From the NCBI GenBank assembly GCA_973895155.1, contig OZ316892.1:8167251-8231250 (forward strand): DNA of 64,000 nt, given 5' to 3'. The notes under the pieces are model-generated. The model searched no databases. It was not told the origin of the DNA and saw nothing but the letters and a program-made list of their open reading frames with translations. How positions within the stretch are numbered: position 1 is the first letter of the stretch; each line of letters begins with the position of its first letter. This DNA comes from Marsupella aquatica (lineage: Eukaryota; Plantae; Marchantiophyta). Position numbers and translations under genes: made by a program. This document shows positions 53,001-64,000 of the stretch, one piece after another.

Positions 53001-54668
53001 ATAGCATCATCAACCGTTAGTCCTCTGCTTATCGGAAGCAAAACTTATTATTTCTGATCTTCTATATGCTTTTGTAAGACGAAGACCAGCAGGATTGTAA
53101 GACACTGTTATACCAGATTTTCATAAATATAATCTGCAGAACCAACGTAGAATATCCTTACACGATATTCTTCAGCGACGCCATTGTTAAAACTGTGCAG
53201 AATGAATGGTAAGATCCTGTTAACTAGGTCTGTTGAAACAGTAGGAACTTCAGCCAAAGTCTCTATGAGCACAACAGAAGCAAAGGTGATAGTAGTCTTT
53301 GACTTGGCAGCAATTCCAGAAACAGCCATAGCCTGCAGCATGACGAGTTGATTACTTTCAGACGCGAACCCATTATAAAAACATGAAGATATGTGTTGTA
53401 GGGTTGTACACAGCATTGCTACTACAGCAAAATCGGCAAACCACTCATTTTCGATGAACAGGAAATTATTGCTACTGAATCTGATCAAAGAGGAAAAAGA
53501 AAGAAGAAAAATTCCTAAAACAAACATAGGAATGCCTACCAATTCGCAAATAGATTCCACAAGTGCCATATCATGAGTGCACCTTTGCACCAATACAGCC
53601 CGCGGTGGTGCTGCACCAGTACTTTGCACTGCCTCTAAAAATTGCCATCGTGTATTCCTAGAGATCACCCATGAGAAAATAACAACCAATACATGAGACC
53701 AGGCACATTCATTCAATCACAGAAAAATCACCCGGTTATACCAAAAATTGATATAGTACAATTTGAAGCAGTCCTAAAGCATTAACCGCATATGATTCTC
53801 TTTAAGTCTACAGATAAAACATGTCGAGTGTGAACTTGCTCTTGTACAACTCACTTGATTTGGAGAAGCTGCACTACCCGAACAAAGAGGCTAGTTTCAT
53901 GATAAGGCAGCACGCATAGCACAACATCCTCCACGTTGTAGACCTGAATCCTGCAAGAAAAGCCAAGAAATTTGAGATGAAATCACAGAAACAGGAGCAG
54001 CTTCTGCTCTCTCATACCTTCCTGACTAGCGGCTCAATCTTTTAAGTACAGAGACAACCAAATCTATGGAAGCTCTCAGTAAATCATTTGAATTCCTGTC
54101 TTCATTGACAAATGACAGATAAATCAGTTAACGCCGCGAAATCAAGTGACAACTTACTTGTAACGTCTGATTAAGAATTCAACCGTTTGATGCGCTGATG
54201 TTAACATGACGTAAGCAGATAAAAGTCGAAGAAATGTCGTAATGGACTTATTTAGCTTCGCGTTGTACTCCTTTGATTGCAGCTCCCTGTCTATCTGAGA
54301 GCTCTCAATGCTGAACAGAGTCTTTTTAAAAGATTTGAACCGGCCGTCGATAATGATCAGTTCATCCAAACCTGTCAAAAATGCCAAAACTTCGTAAGCT
54401 CCCTGTTCTCCACCTAAATTCACCACTATTTCTGCCCTTTCCGAACATTTGAGATTTCCACTGCCTCATTATTCGTAGTCACAGTGGAATTGACGAAACG
54501 AATTAGGGTCGCACCTGTTTGAGAGAGTGTGAATATCGTTTGAAGATCGATGTCAGCGGCCTGGGAAGGACGAAAGAGAAGGGAGGGGCGCGACGATGGT
54601 TTGCTGGAAGTGGAGGCCCCGCCGGCCACCGCCAGAGCCTGTAACTGGGATGCAAGTTTCGAAGCCAT
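38022..54668 (-). CDS. UTP10: U3 snoRNA-associated protein 10 / HEAT repeat-containing protein 1 (BAP28); large multi-exon gene
   Basis: N-terminus MASKLASQLQAL..RPSLLFRPSQAADIDLQTIF, followed by FLRLLSAY...EFLIRRYK and VLCVLPYHETSLFVRVVQLL. BP28CT-type LVMKLSETSFKPLFVKILEWA and C-terminal EEYLVLLPETIPFLAELLED. Many GT-AG exons lie between; not all were resolved. Confidence 0.95.
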
Positions 54669-55052
54669 CTTGTACTGCCAAAAGAAACCGCCTGTGATGA
54701 AGTAATCCGAATCTCAAGGGTACGTGGTCTTAATTTCGCACAATGCCATCAAAAATTAGTCTCCATATCCATCGGTGGGAGCTGATGCAGTAGCCCTTTC
54801 TCCCAACCTCTGTCCAATTTGGCCCTTTGACGTTCCACTCTCTTTTCAAGTTGATTCGTTCATTGCCTCTGTGATTCCATCTCTCGTGACATTAGTCGCG
54901 ATACATCCGTTACTGTGCGTAAGGGTTGACGGTACAGGAAAGCTGTGATTTGAGGGAGACCATCGCATTGATTTCATCAGCCCGGGGCCTTAGACTGACC
55001 GACTTTCAATCTCCTTCCGTCTCATTGACGAGCAAAGGCAGGAGCCCTCGCG

Positions 55053-55085
55053 AACCCTAAACCCTGCAAGGTGCTTTAGGGTTTA
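55053..55085. promoter_or_regulatory. Inverted pair of telo-box-like motifs upstream of UTP10
   Basis: AACCCTAAACCCT (55053-55065) and TTTAGGGTTTA (55075-55085), about 400 bp upstream of the ATG. Telo-boxes (AAACCCTA) are typical of plant ribosome-biogenesis gene promoters. Confidence 0.55.
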
Positions 55086-55159
55086 AGGAAGGTGTCGAGT
55101 TGCGGGGGCCGGATGTGACCAGGAGAGGTTTCGACCTCCAGACCGGTCTTGGGTTGTTT

Positions 55160-56120
55160 GCTTTGTTCGTGTCAACCCTCTCGAAAAGGGGTTACACCAT
55201 GGCCTGGAGGGGGCAATAATGGGGTAATGACGACTTGGTCTGGGTTATTGCTGACAAGAAAGTGAGTAAATGTTGCGCTGCTGTAGCAGGGAAATTTTTC
55301 TAAGCTTCAACAGGTTTTGTGGGAACAGGTTTGAGACACTAACCTCAGCCCAAACAGTCATGATCATAATTAATAATCATATCATAAAAAGATTACTGGG
55401 CAAGATTTTTTGGACAAAGGGTTATGGAAATGGTGGCACCTAGTAAAAAGGGTTACATACCATTAACCTTTCTTCTTGACAAGAATTATGTATAGGGTAA
55501 TGCAGGTCTGGGCGTAGGGTTACTAGGCTGTAACCCTGCGTCCGGAATATGAAAAGAAACTGACCGGCGGCAGCCGGGAAGCTTCTTTGAATATTCCGGG
55601 AGCAGGTTATAGCCTATAACCCCAGCACTGCCCCTGCATTAGCGTACGTAACTCCTGCCCGGAAAGAGGTTACCGGCTCAACTTTTCAGGACACCAGATT
55701 ATGACTATAGCAGGCCCCTGTAGAAATGGTTACACACCAGTAACCTCTTCTCCTGACAGGATTTACGTACTATAATCCCTCAAAGCTATGAGGCCCAAGG
55801 GTTATAGGCTGTAATCTGGAGGAGGGTGAGCCTGAGGGGTTATTTACAGCTATGGTTGTAAACCCTTGAGTGGCCATGGAATGGCAAGCAGAACCATCCA
55901 CGCATAGTTTTGATCTATCTTTTATCTGAAAATAATGTCTGAATCAGATAACCCTCCAGGGGGCCTAGCCAAGGGGCCAAAATCTCATAACCCCCGGGCC
56001 AGGCTGGCAGGGGTCTATGGCTCATGACCCTCGAGATATATCCAAAGAGAAAACTACAAGACTTGGAACCCCGTTTCATGCCAACCCCATAGCAAGGCTG
56101 GCAAGGGGGTTCCAGGTTAA
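55160..56120. repeat. Region dense in GGTTA/TAACC motifs with ~280-bp internal duplication (possible non-autonomous DNA element)
   Basis: Palindromes GGGTTACTAGGCTGTAACCC (about 55517), GGTTATAGCCTATAACC (about 55605) and GGTTATAGGCTGTAATC (about 55800). The block GGTTACAYACCA.TAACCT...TGACA occurs at about 55451 and 55727. Confidence 0.5.
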
Positions 56121-58079
56121 AGAAGAAGGGAAGGAAGGAAGTAGGGAATACACTCTTAAGAGTGTCTCCAACAGTAAGTGTTTTCCATACCCTACCTACT
56201 AAATATCTACACAGGAGCCACTTTTGCCGATTGACTGAACCTCAGTTGGCATGGAAGGAAAATTCCAAAGTAAATAATGGATCCTGAGATTTGCAGGATG
56301 AGTGAGGTCCTTGTAATGCATTTTATGGGCACACTAGAGGTAAGGACTTCCTCCAAACAGTGGTCCCCTCCAAAATGCTATCTGGCTGTCTCAGCCAAAT
56401 TTGATGTTCAGATCCTGGTTTAGCCCTAAAGTGGGCCATCTTCAAGGGAGACTTTGACAGTCAAAGGGCGATTGCCCTAGTGCATGGGAACAATGGCTAG
56501 TTAGGATTAATTGTGAGAATGAGATCTAAGACTGTGTATGCATGTTTGTTGGCCACACATGTCTGACATAATATACAGCAATCCTCCTGACAAAGACATA
56601 ATGCGTGAATGTTGGAATACAAATGTCAAGCCATGTGTTTGATAGCTCAATGCTGGTGCATTGCACAACATTGTTGTGAAATTGTCATATCTCATTTATT
56701 AGTGTGGCAACACCAGTGCATTGTATAGAAGATGTCCTTGTGAAAAAGATTTCGATGCAAAAAGGATGTCATTGCATAAGTGTTGTCATGCAAAAATTAA
56801 AGTTGTCAAGCAGAATTGTTTATGAACAAAAGTACTGACATTATTTGTAAGTGTTGTTAGTGTTGGCAAAGATTGTCAAAGGGAAATTGTGCATGCAAAA
56901 AGGGTTGTTAAATAGACTTTCAAGCATTAATTGTTGGGATGGGGAAGAGATGGAAATTGCATACAAAATCAAGAATGCAATTGATACTGAAAATTGTGAT
57001 CCAAAAAGAGTGTGATAAGAAGACACAAAAGTAGGATATATTCTCATGCCTTGCACCAGATGTTATCCATGCTGAATGTGATTGGTACCAAAAATTATAG
57101 ACAGAAAAGGTGCAATAAAACATGAAATTTTGTGACACGAAGGTGTTGTAGCAAGAATGATCTTGTCTCCACATCTACTTTAAAAAACCCACACAAACAG
57201 GAGAGTGTTTCTCACTCCCTCTTAAATAATGGATACACAGGAATGAATGAATCTTATACCCTACCCCTCTTAATAACTAATGCTTTTGTAATTACCTTTA
57301 TTTGTACTTTCTTTCTCATTAATTAGATTATCTCACACTACCACCTGTAGGTTTGCCTTTACCCACCATGAGTTCTTTTTGGGACATGTTATGATACCCA
57401 CAAAATATTTAAATTGAACTATAGCCTATAGCCCAACTACCGAGATATATGCTATACTGTCTTACCCGATGGGCCTCTACAAAACTTTTCTTACCTAATC
57501 ACTACTACATATTCGGCCTTTTTGCGAAGGCGATTTAGTCGTGCTGAAATGCCCTGCGAGACACTGTCCATCGCTCGCTTTGCAATTGATAACTCATCTC
57601 AATTAGCAATGATAAAAGCATCGCAACCCCAATTTGCGATGCGCAACCCATCTCAAACGCTTGCGGTTCTTAATTGATCGCAAACATGTTGCAATATCAT
57701 TTCCATTCGGCCGCGTTTGCGAATCCTTTGTCATCGCAAATACTCTGCCATCCTAATACCCTCAACAATTTTGCGAGTCATCGGACATCGCTCGGACGTT
57801 TGTGAGACTCATTCTATCGCAAGTTTGCGAATATTAATGTATAGCAACTATGCGAACAGATTAATATCGCAATATCATGCCAAATTAGGCAACAACTCTT
57901 GCGTTGAAATAAGGTTTGCAAATTTACGATGCGGGTTAATTCGCAAGATTGCGAGGATATGGGAATGGACAAGTTGCGAATGTTATTGTATCGGAAACAT
58001 TTAGCGTTCGAAGGTAGTGCGAAGGAATCCTGTTCGCAAAATGGTTCGCAAAATTAATAAGTGACGTTGAAGGTAATTT

Positions 58080-58935
58080 AGGTGAAAAAGGGGATGGGCC
58101 AAGTGAGGGACGATGGAGGGACAAGGGTAGGAGGGAGAAAGAGGGAGAAAGGGGACGGTTGGGACAAGGAAAGGAGGGAGGAAGGAGGAGGGTGCGCTAA
58201 TTTAGGGAAGGCCGGTATATAGGTAAGAGGGAGAAAGGGGGTGGGATGCAAGGAATCGAGGGAGGAAAGAGGGTATAGGCAAGGTAAGAGGGAGAAATTA
58301 AGGAGCCAGGGTGGGACAAGGAATGGAGGGAGGGAAAAGGAAAAGATGGAGTAAGGAAGAGGGTTAGCCAATTAATATAGGTAAGAGGGAGAAAGGGTTT
58401 GGAACAAGGAAAGGAGGGAGGGAAAAGGAAAAGAGGGAGGAAGGAGGAGGGTTGGCCAATTCATTTAGGTAAGAGGGAGAAAGGGTTTGGGACAAGGAAA
58501 GGAGGGAGGAAGGAGTTTGGTTATATATAGGTAAGAGGAAGAAAGTAAGGGTCCAGGATGAGATAAGGAAGCGAGTGAAGGGGAAGGAGGAGGGTGGACC
58601 ATGAATTTAGGGTACAGGGATGAGGGGGTGGGACAAGGAAAGGATGGGGCAGGTTGGAGGGACAAGTTAGGGAGGGCCGGTACAGGTACTTAAGAGGGAT
58701 TAAGGGGGTGGGACAAGGAAAGGAGGGAGGTTGGGACAAGTTAGGGAGGGTTAGTTTAGGTAAGAGGGAGAAAGGGTTTTGGACAAGGAAATGAGCCGGA
58801 GGGAAGAAGGGAGGATGTATATAATTATATATATGAGGGAGAAACTAAGGGGCCGGGGTTTAAGTTAAGAGAGGGAAAAGGAAAGAGGGATTTAGGGAGA
58901 AAAGAGGGGTGTCAAGGAAAGGAAGAAGGAGAAAG
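58080..58935 (+). repeat. Purine/G-rich minisatellite inside the CACTA element
   Basis: Repeated GGGACAAGGAAAGGAGGGAGG and TAGGTAAGAGGGAGAAAGGG units. Confidence 0.85.
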
Positions 58936-59155
58936 AGTACAAGTAGCATGAGTTATCATAACACAAAGTCTAGCAAAAGGTGTGGAGGCATGGAGTTTAG
59001 GGTTTAGAGTATATCAATGACATTTCAAAATGACATGATCAATTCACAAATGCACATGAATATATCTCCAACAAAGAAAATAGAGAAATCATCATAAATA
59101 TGAATCCAATGATAGGAATTGGCATCACTATATATCCGCATAATATACATATCCC

Positions 59156-60080
59156 TCATTCTTGGTCCACATCCTCATCGGGGGGGACACAACCATAATA
59201 TCAGGCCTTTCCCCGATAATAGAACAAGATCGTGGCACATACGTGATGACAAGTGACCACTCCTCTGGGTTTGGGGGGTATGGAATATAGAAACATTGCT
59301 CCACATGGCTTGAAAATGTAAATGGCTCTGATGTTTGCCAGTGCGATGGCTGGAAACTAGTGGTAGACGTCTTGAGTCATGTAAATCCACACTCATCTTG
59401 AACCACAGTGGGATTGTTACCTACAAGGTTCACTTTGAACCACTTGCACTTGAAGATATACTCTTCAAACTTTGACTGTGCATCATATGATATCACTAGG
59501 ATCTCCTCTATTTTTCCATAATGTGGCACAACATCTTGAATAATATTTCTGTCGTGACGACTGCTACGAGAATCTTGAGAGAATTGTCCTTGAACTCCAC
59601 AATCAAATGTACGACCCCTCTTCTCATCAAGGGAAGAAATCCTAAATTCAGTGAAATCATATGGACATGTTACAAAAAATTAGATGCAAACATATTACAA
59701 TTTTAACATAATACACCACAAATATATTTCCAGTATACATAACTAATATCTAATGTTTGACAAAAATATTAAGAGAGGATGGTTAGTAAGGTATGTAGGA
59801 TCAATCACCTGAAATGTCTCCCTTGTGTCCACATTGTTGTCCTTGATGTTACAATTCTCAAGGGACCATGCATAATGGTATGGACATCATCTGTGATGGT
59901 TGGAAAATGTAATATACTCTCTCCCCTGGCCACCATGTCATCCACCTCAACTAGCTTTGCCTTCATATAGTCATGACACTTGGGAAAGATCCTTGGCCTC
60001 TAACTGTTACTTTTGGCCTCTTCATAGAAGTTCCTCCATTCTTCCATGATAGTGTTGTTACTCAACATGAATGTACTCAT
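59156..60080 (-). pseudogene. CACTA TnpD transposase C-terminus (DUF4216-like), disrupted
   Basis: ...IMHGPLRIVTSRTTMWTQGRHFR (intron 59642-59808) ISSLDEKRGRTFDCGV...HYGKIEEILVISY..EYIFKCKWF..VVQDECGFT*L...SEPFTFSSHVEQCFYIPYP..EEWSLVITYVPR. In-frame stops at 60000-60002 and 59377-59379. Confidence 0.85.
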
Positions 60081-60084
60081 GCCG

Positions 60085-62183
60085 TCAAAGCTTGGGGGAG
60101 CGACATCTGGCGGGGGAGACTCGGGGCTGCTCTGCTGGCTCGGGTCCCCTCGGACTACTCTTGGGAGTGTGGGGATAAACCGGCCACATGTCCTTACTCC
60201 TGGAACATGATGATTGGACCCGTAGCCGGAGTTATCATTGCTGTAGTCCTCCACCTCCTCCTCCTCGGCTTGGACTACCGGCTTCTCCCATTGTTCTCCT
60301 GATTTTGTTGTGAACACGACTTCACCTCTTGCCGGTCTTGGTTCCTCCTCCGGCTTCCGTGTTGATCTCTTGTTCTCCTTGTCGGGGCCGGGAGCTACGG
60401 CCTGCTTCTCTTCGGCTTCGGGACTAGAGGCTCCTACATACATCCGGACTCCCGGCTTGTGTTCCGGCCTCCTTCTCTCCTTGACTCCAGTAAAGGGGTT
60501 TTCCCTTGTAAGCCGGTTTAGGCCTACCTCTAGAGCAGTGTCCTGTATTGTTGCCATTGCCGTTGCCGTTGTTGTTGTTGTTGTCGATGCCGTAGCCGTT
60601 CTCTTTTCTTTCTCCAGCAGTTTTAGCAGATTCTGCATGCCTGGTTGCTGCATCGGCAAGTCCTCCGTCCTTGGCCTAAACACCTGCTCGATTGTAGGAC
60701 TGTCGGGCGGTTTAGGTTTCTCCGTTGCCGGCCTCTGTTCCGGGACCTCCTCTGGTGCCCTTGCCTGTAGGGAAAGTACCGGGGCAAAGGTCTTACTTCG
60801 GGCATACCGGCACAATAGCGGCATGTGATAGCCAAGCCGGGATATGCTTCCCTTGCCGATCACCAGCTGTTCTTTAGTTGAGTGAGGAGGTAACCGTTGT
60901 AGTCCCGGCTTGGGTCTGGCCTCTCTGCCAGATAGACCTGTGCCTTGCCGATCTCTGCTCTCGGCCAGTTGCAATGCATGGTCACCCGCAAGAAATCGAT
61001 CATCTCTCCTATATGCGGGTTGGTGCAAGTGTTACGGAAAAAACCATTCTTTGTTGAAGGCCCTGGAAATGACCTGAACTCCGTGTCTGGCAAGGTCTTC
61101 CTGGTATCTACCTTGGTCTTATTGCCCATTGGCAAGCCAAATACTTCGGCAATCACCTGGGGAGTGAGACATAATTCCTTCCCATACACCCTTGTGGAAT
61201 TGGTCTCGGACTCCCATGATCCCACGAATTCAAGTAAGTCTGAATTCGGGACCTCCGGCTTCAGCCACGGTAACCTTATGAAGGCTTCCAAGCCGGATCC
61301 GGCCATGAAGCCCTGATATTTCCGAGTCTGCATAGCCGTAAAGCATGCATCATCCTCTCTTGCAAAGTGTAATTGGACCTCCTTGGGGAGGATCGCCACC
61401 CAGCCTTCCAAGTGTCATCTCTCATTGGAATGGCGTTGATGGGGTCAACCTCCTCCTCCTCGGCTTCTCTCTGCCTCCTGCTCTGCTATTCGACTAGTTT
61501 CTTTGGTGCCGCCGACCTCGTTCTTTTTGCCGGGGTGGCCTCGTCGTTGTTAATTCCCTTCCTCTTCATCTCGGTTGCCGTGGATGTCTCTCCGAGCACG
61601 GTTGCCTTTGGCCACCCCTCCGTGCTACCCTTCAACTCCCAGTGTAGGTCGTTGCAGCGTTTGATGGCTTCGCGGATGCCAACGACTCTATCTTCGCAAA
61701 ACAGAAGGTCGTCGAGTTGATTGCTAGTAGGAGTCCACAAGAATTCGGCCTTGATGAGTTCTCCTCCTAAGAAGGCAGCTTTTTGCAGCTCCCACAATCG
61801 AGCGAGCTCCTGCCGTTCTCGAGCTGCTCTCTCCGATTCTTCATCCTCGTAAGTCCCAATGTACTCAGTTGCCCGTTCGAACAGGCATCCCCAAAAATGT
61901 GCCGTTTGATTGACGTTGCTCATACCCATATCGAGTTGATAGTTGGTATCTGCTCCCCCCTTGAGTGCTTGCTTAAGCAGCTGATAGTAGTTGGCCGCCC
62001 GTAGTCGTCTGCCCAGTTCGTGCCTGCAAATGAGCCACAACTCTTCGCGAGCAGTCCTTACCCCTCTCCTCCTCGGCGTTTCTCTCCCGTTGGTGACCCC
62101 TAGCCGCCGGCATTATCGTGCCCTAACCCTAATCGTGTTCTCTCCCCTGGCGTCCTTACTTCCGGCCTCGGCTCGGGTTCCAT
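60085..62183 (-). pseudogene. Degraded transposon accessory ORF with a plant-mobile-domain-like segment
   Basis: ORFs 61486-62040, 60860-61411 and 60000-61028 join through one TAG and two frameshifts. The segment DLLEFVGSWESETNSTRVYGKELCLTPQVIAEVFGLP resembles the PMD/Transposase_32-type motif W.xET.....E..LT...V...LGLP. Confidence 0.55.
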
Positions 62184-62290
62184 AGTCACCCTTAATTGTT
62201 TATATTTTCTTATTTCTGTAACTATACTAAGGTGTTTCTAGGGTACACTTCCCATTTCCACTTAAACTAGCCGAGTGATTCCTGGCTAGG

Positions 62291-62806
62291 TATCACAACG
62301 GCCGAAAAACAGCTCTCTATTTTTTGGGAATATTCCCGCACAGTCCAACAGGGCTCACAGGGGGCCGTTCCCCCTGTCGGAGCGGTTAAAATGGAGGGTC
62401 ACAGGGCCCGGGATGAGGCACAACCAATGAGGAGGAGGAGAGAAAAAAATTCAGAAAAACACACTCTAAAGGGGTCTTAAAGCCCCTGGCAAAGGCACGC
62501 GTATTCGTGGCAATGCGCGCATATTTGCAGCCAGAATCGCGTATAAACAACAAAAAATGTGAAAAAATGAGTTTAAAGGGGTCAAAATGCGCGTATTTTT
62601 GCATATTTGGGCCGTATATGGGCGTTTTTGGCCGTATTTGGGCCCAAAAAAGCACGTTTTCACGCTTAAAGGGGTGTGGGAGGCCGGTGTGCGCATCGGG
62701 GCGTATGGCGAACCTGGTTTGTCGGGTATTGGGGCCATATTGGGGCAAAAAATGCCCTAAACTAAGCTTTAAAATGTGCCCAAAATGACACAAAGGCCGT
62801 GTTACA
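62291..62806 (-). mobile_element. Putative LTR (~516 bp) of a Gypsy-type element
   Basis: Bounded by imperfect inverted termini TATCACAACGGCC...GGCCGTGTTACA; the minus strand starts TGTAACACGGCC. It lies just upstream of the degraded ORF. No clear PBS and no partner LTR were found. Confidence 0.5.
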
Positions 62807-63832
62807 AACCTTAGCCGCCTCCGCTTTGGTTTCCAATGAGAAAAGTGATGACCGCCGACATGAAAATGTTTCTGAATTGCACCGGCACGTCTGAAGCTCC
62901 ACCAGAGAAAGAACTTATGTTGCGTCGCCTTCACTCCACGTCAAGTGCCAATCCCGGACTCAAAATGACCGTCTCGCCATGATCTCTTTGTTGAGCCTCA
63001 GCACTTCGCATTTCTTCCTCCGAGTCAAGCGTCACGACGAGTAATCCGGTTCAGGGAAAAATAAGCACCATAGCTGTCAAAAAACCAGAACGCCTCCTTC
63101 ACTCGTCACGACGCACTCGTTCCGCAAACATCAGCAAACTAGATACCAAAACGACCAGCTTGCTCTAACCTTCAACTTGAACTATCACATGCGACGCCCC
63201 GCACACCGCACAACTCACACCATTGAAGAAACGATCTATGGTTTCTCCCCCGAAATACCGTCGAACACGAATAAACCCTGAACGACGCAAACTTCAATTC
63301 CTCCGCACCACGGATACCGATCAGCGAGCTCTGACCACCGTTAGAATGCCCTCTCACTAACCTATCCGCTCAGCCACACACAATCAAGTTTCATGCGACG
63401 AAACTCTGAATGTACCATCGACAATGAACGCTGGAAAAACCTATCACGAAAAAACCTTGTCACCTCCCAGGCATGCTCTGATACCACTTGTTGAGCATAG
63501 ACGACATTCGCAACGGCAAGCCCATGAACCATCCAACGCACAATAGTCGACACAGAGAGATACGTGGTTCACCTTCACATGAGGCTACGTCCACGGGAAC
63601 ACACAAGAGCTTTACTGCACTCTAGGCCGATCGACCATACCAAGCATCCACAGCACAAGCTCTCCCTATCTCTCAACTAGCTCCGTAACAATGAGCCTAA
63701 GTTCCACCAGGGTCTGGCATCAGCCCTGGCTATATACACAACAGCACTACCGCTAACATTAGCTAAGTCCTAACCCAAGTTAGCCTAATTGTAGTTCGCT
63801 CATGAGTCACAAGACTAGAGCAAAATCTAACA
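62807..63832 (-). mobile_element. LTR retrotransposon 5' end (probably Copia): LTR 63489-63832, tRNA-iMet PBS 63475-63486, leader
   Basis: On the minus strand, TGTTAGA...CTCAACA is followed 2 nt later by TGGTATCAGAGC, the canonical iMet PBS. A TATA-like GTATATAG lies in the LTR. The leader is cut at 62807 by the other LTR. Confidence 0.8.
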
Positions 63833-64000
63833 GCTCCCACAATGCCTATGCATTTGTCAAAATCCACCAAAGTAATGGTCACCCTGCATCTTATATATTA
63901 TGTTCCCCTCCTATGTTAGCATAACATCCAAACACCAACCCCCTCTTACCCTCATAAGTTACCATAAACCCTAAATGCCAAAGCCGAGGGTCTTACCCTC

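Larger units (their letters stand above)
57500..60085 (-). mobile_element. CACTA (En/Spm) DNA transposon, 3' portion
   Basis: The terminus CACTACTACATATT is at 57500. About 570 bp of direct and inverted TTGCGA/TCGCAA subterminal repeats follow, then a purine-rich minisatellite and the transposase C-terminus. The other TIR was not found in the window. Confidence 0.88.

Noticed and set aside
60310-60828. 172-aa hydrophobic plus-strand ORF
   Set aside because: Antisense to the low-complexity TE ORF; the Val/Ala run comes from a GTT/GCC microsatellite.
62386-62934. 182-aa minus-strand ORF
   Set aside because: It crosses the junction between two retroelements and runs through LTR sequence, with no domain features.

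Overview
Eukaryotic nuclear DNA from a land plant, probably a non-seed plant such as a bryophyte (inference). Five protein-coding genes lie on the minus strand: EMC1 (12 exons, 1501-8526); an F-box/kelch-repeat gene whose 5' end is unresolved (11282-~13470); a BAR-PH-ArfGAP-ankyrin gene of the AGD1-4/VAN3 family with no introns in its CDS (19108-21369); a theta-class glutathione transferase (7 exons, 31265-34311); and a large multi-exon UTP10/HEATR1 gene (38022-54668). The intergenic DNA holds tandem repeats, hairpins, a tRNA-derived SINE and decayed LINE/CRE/hAT fragments. The last ~6.5 kb is a transposon nest: a CACTA end with a pseudogenised TnpD C-terminus, a truncated putative Gypsy-type element with a degraded PMD-like ORF and one LTR, and a probable Copia-type LTR with a tRNA-iMet PBS. 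I found no clear new biological system. The best leads are the probable ArfGAP retrogene, the PMD-like/TnpD in-frame junction, the ~86-bp array at the EMC1 promoter and two hairpin candidates. Exon boundaries and family assignments were read by eye, without database searches.
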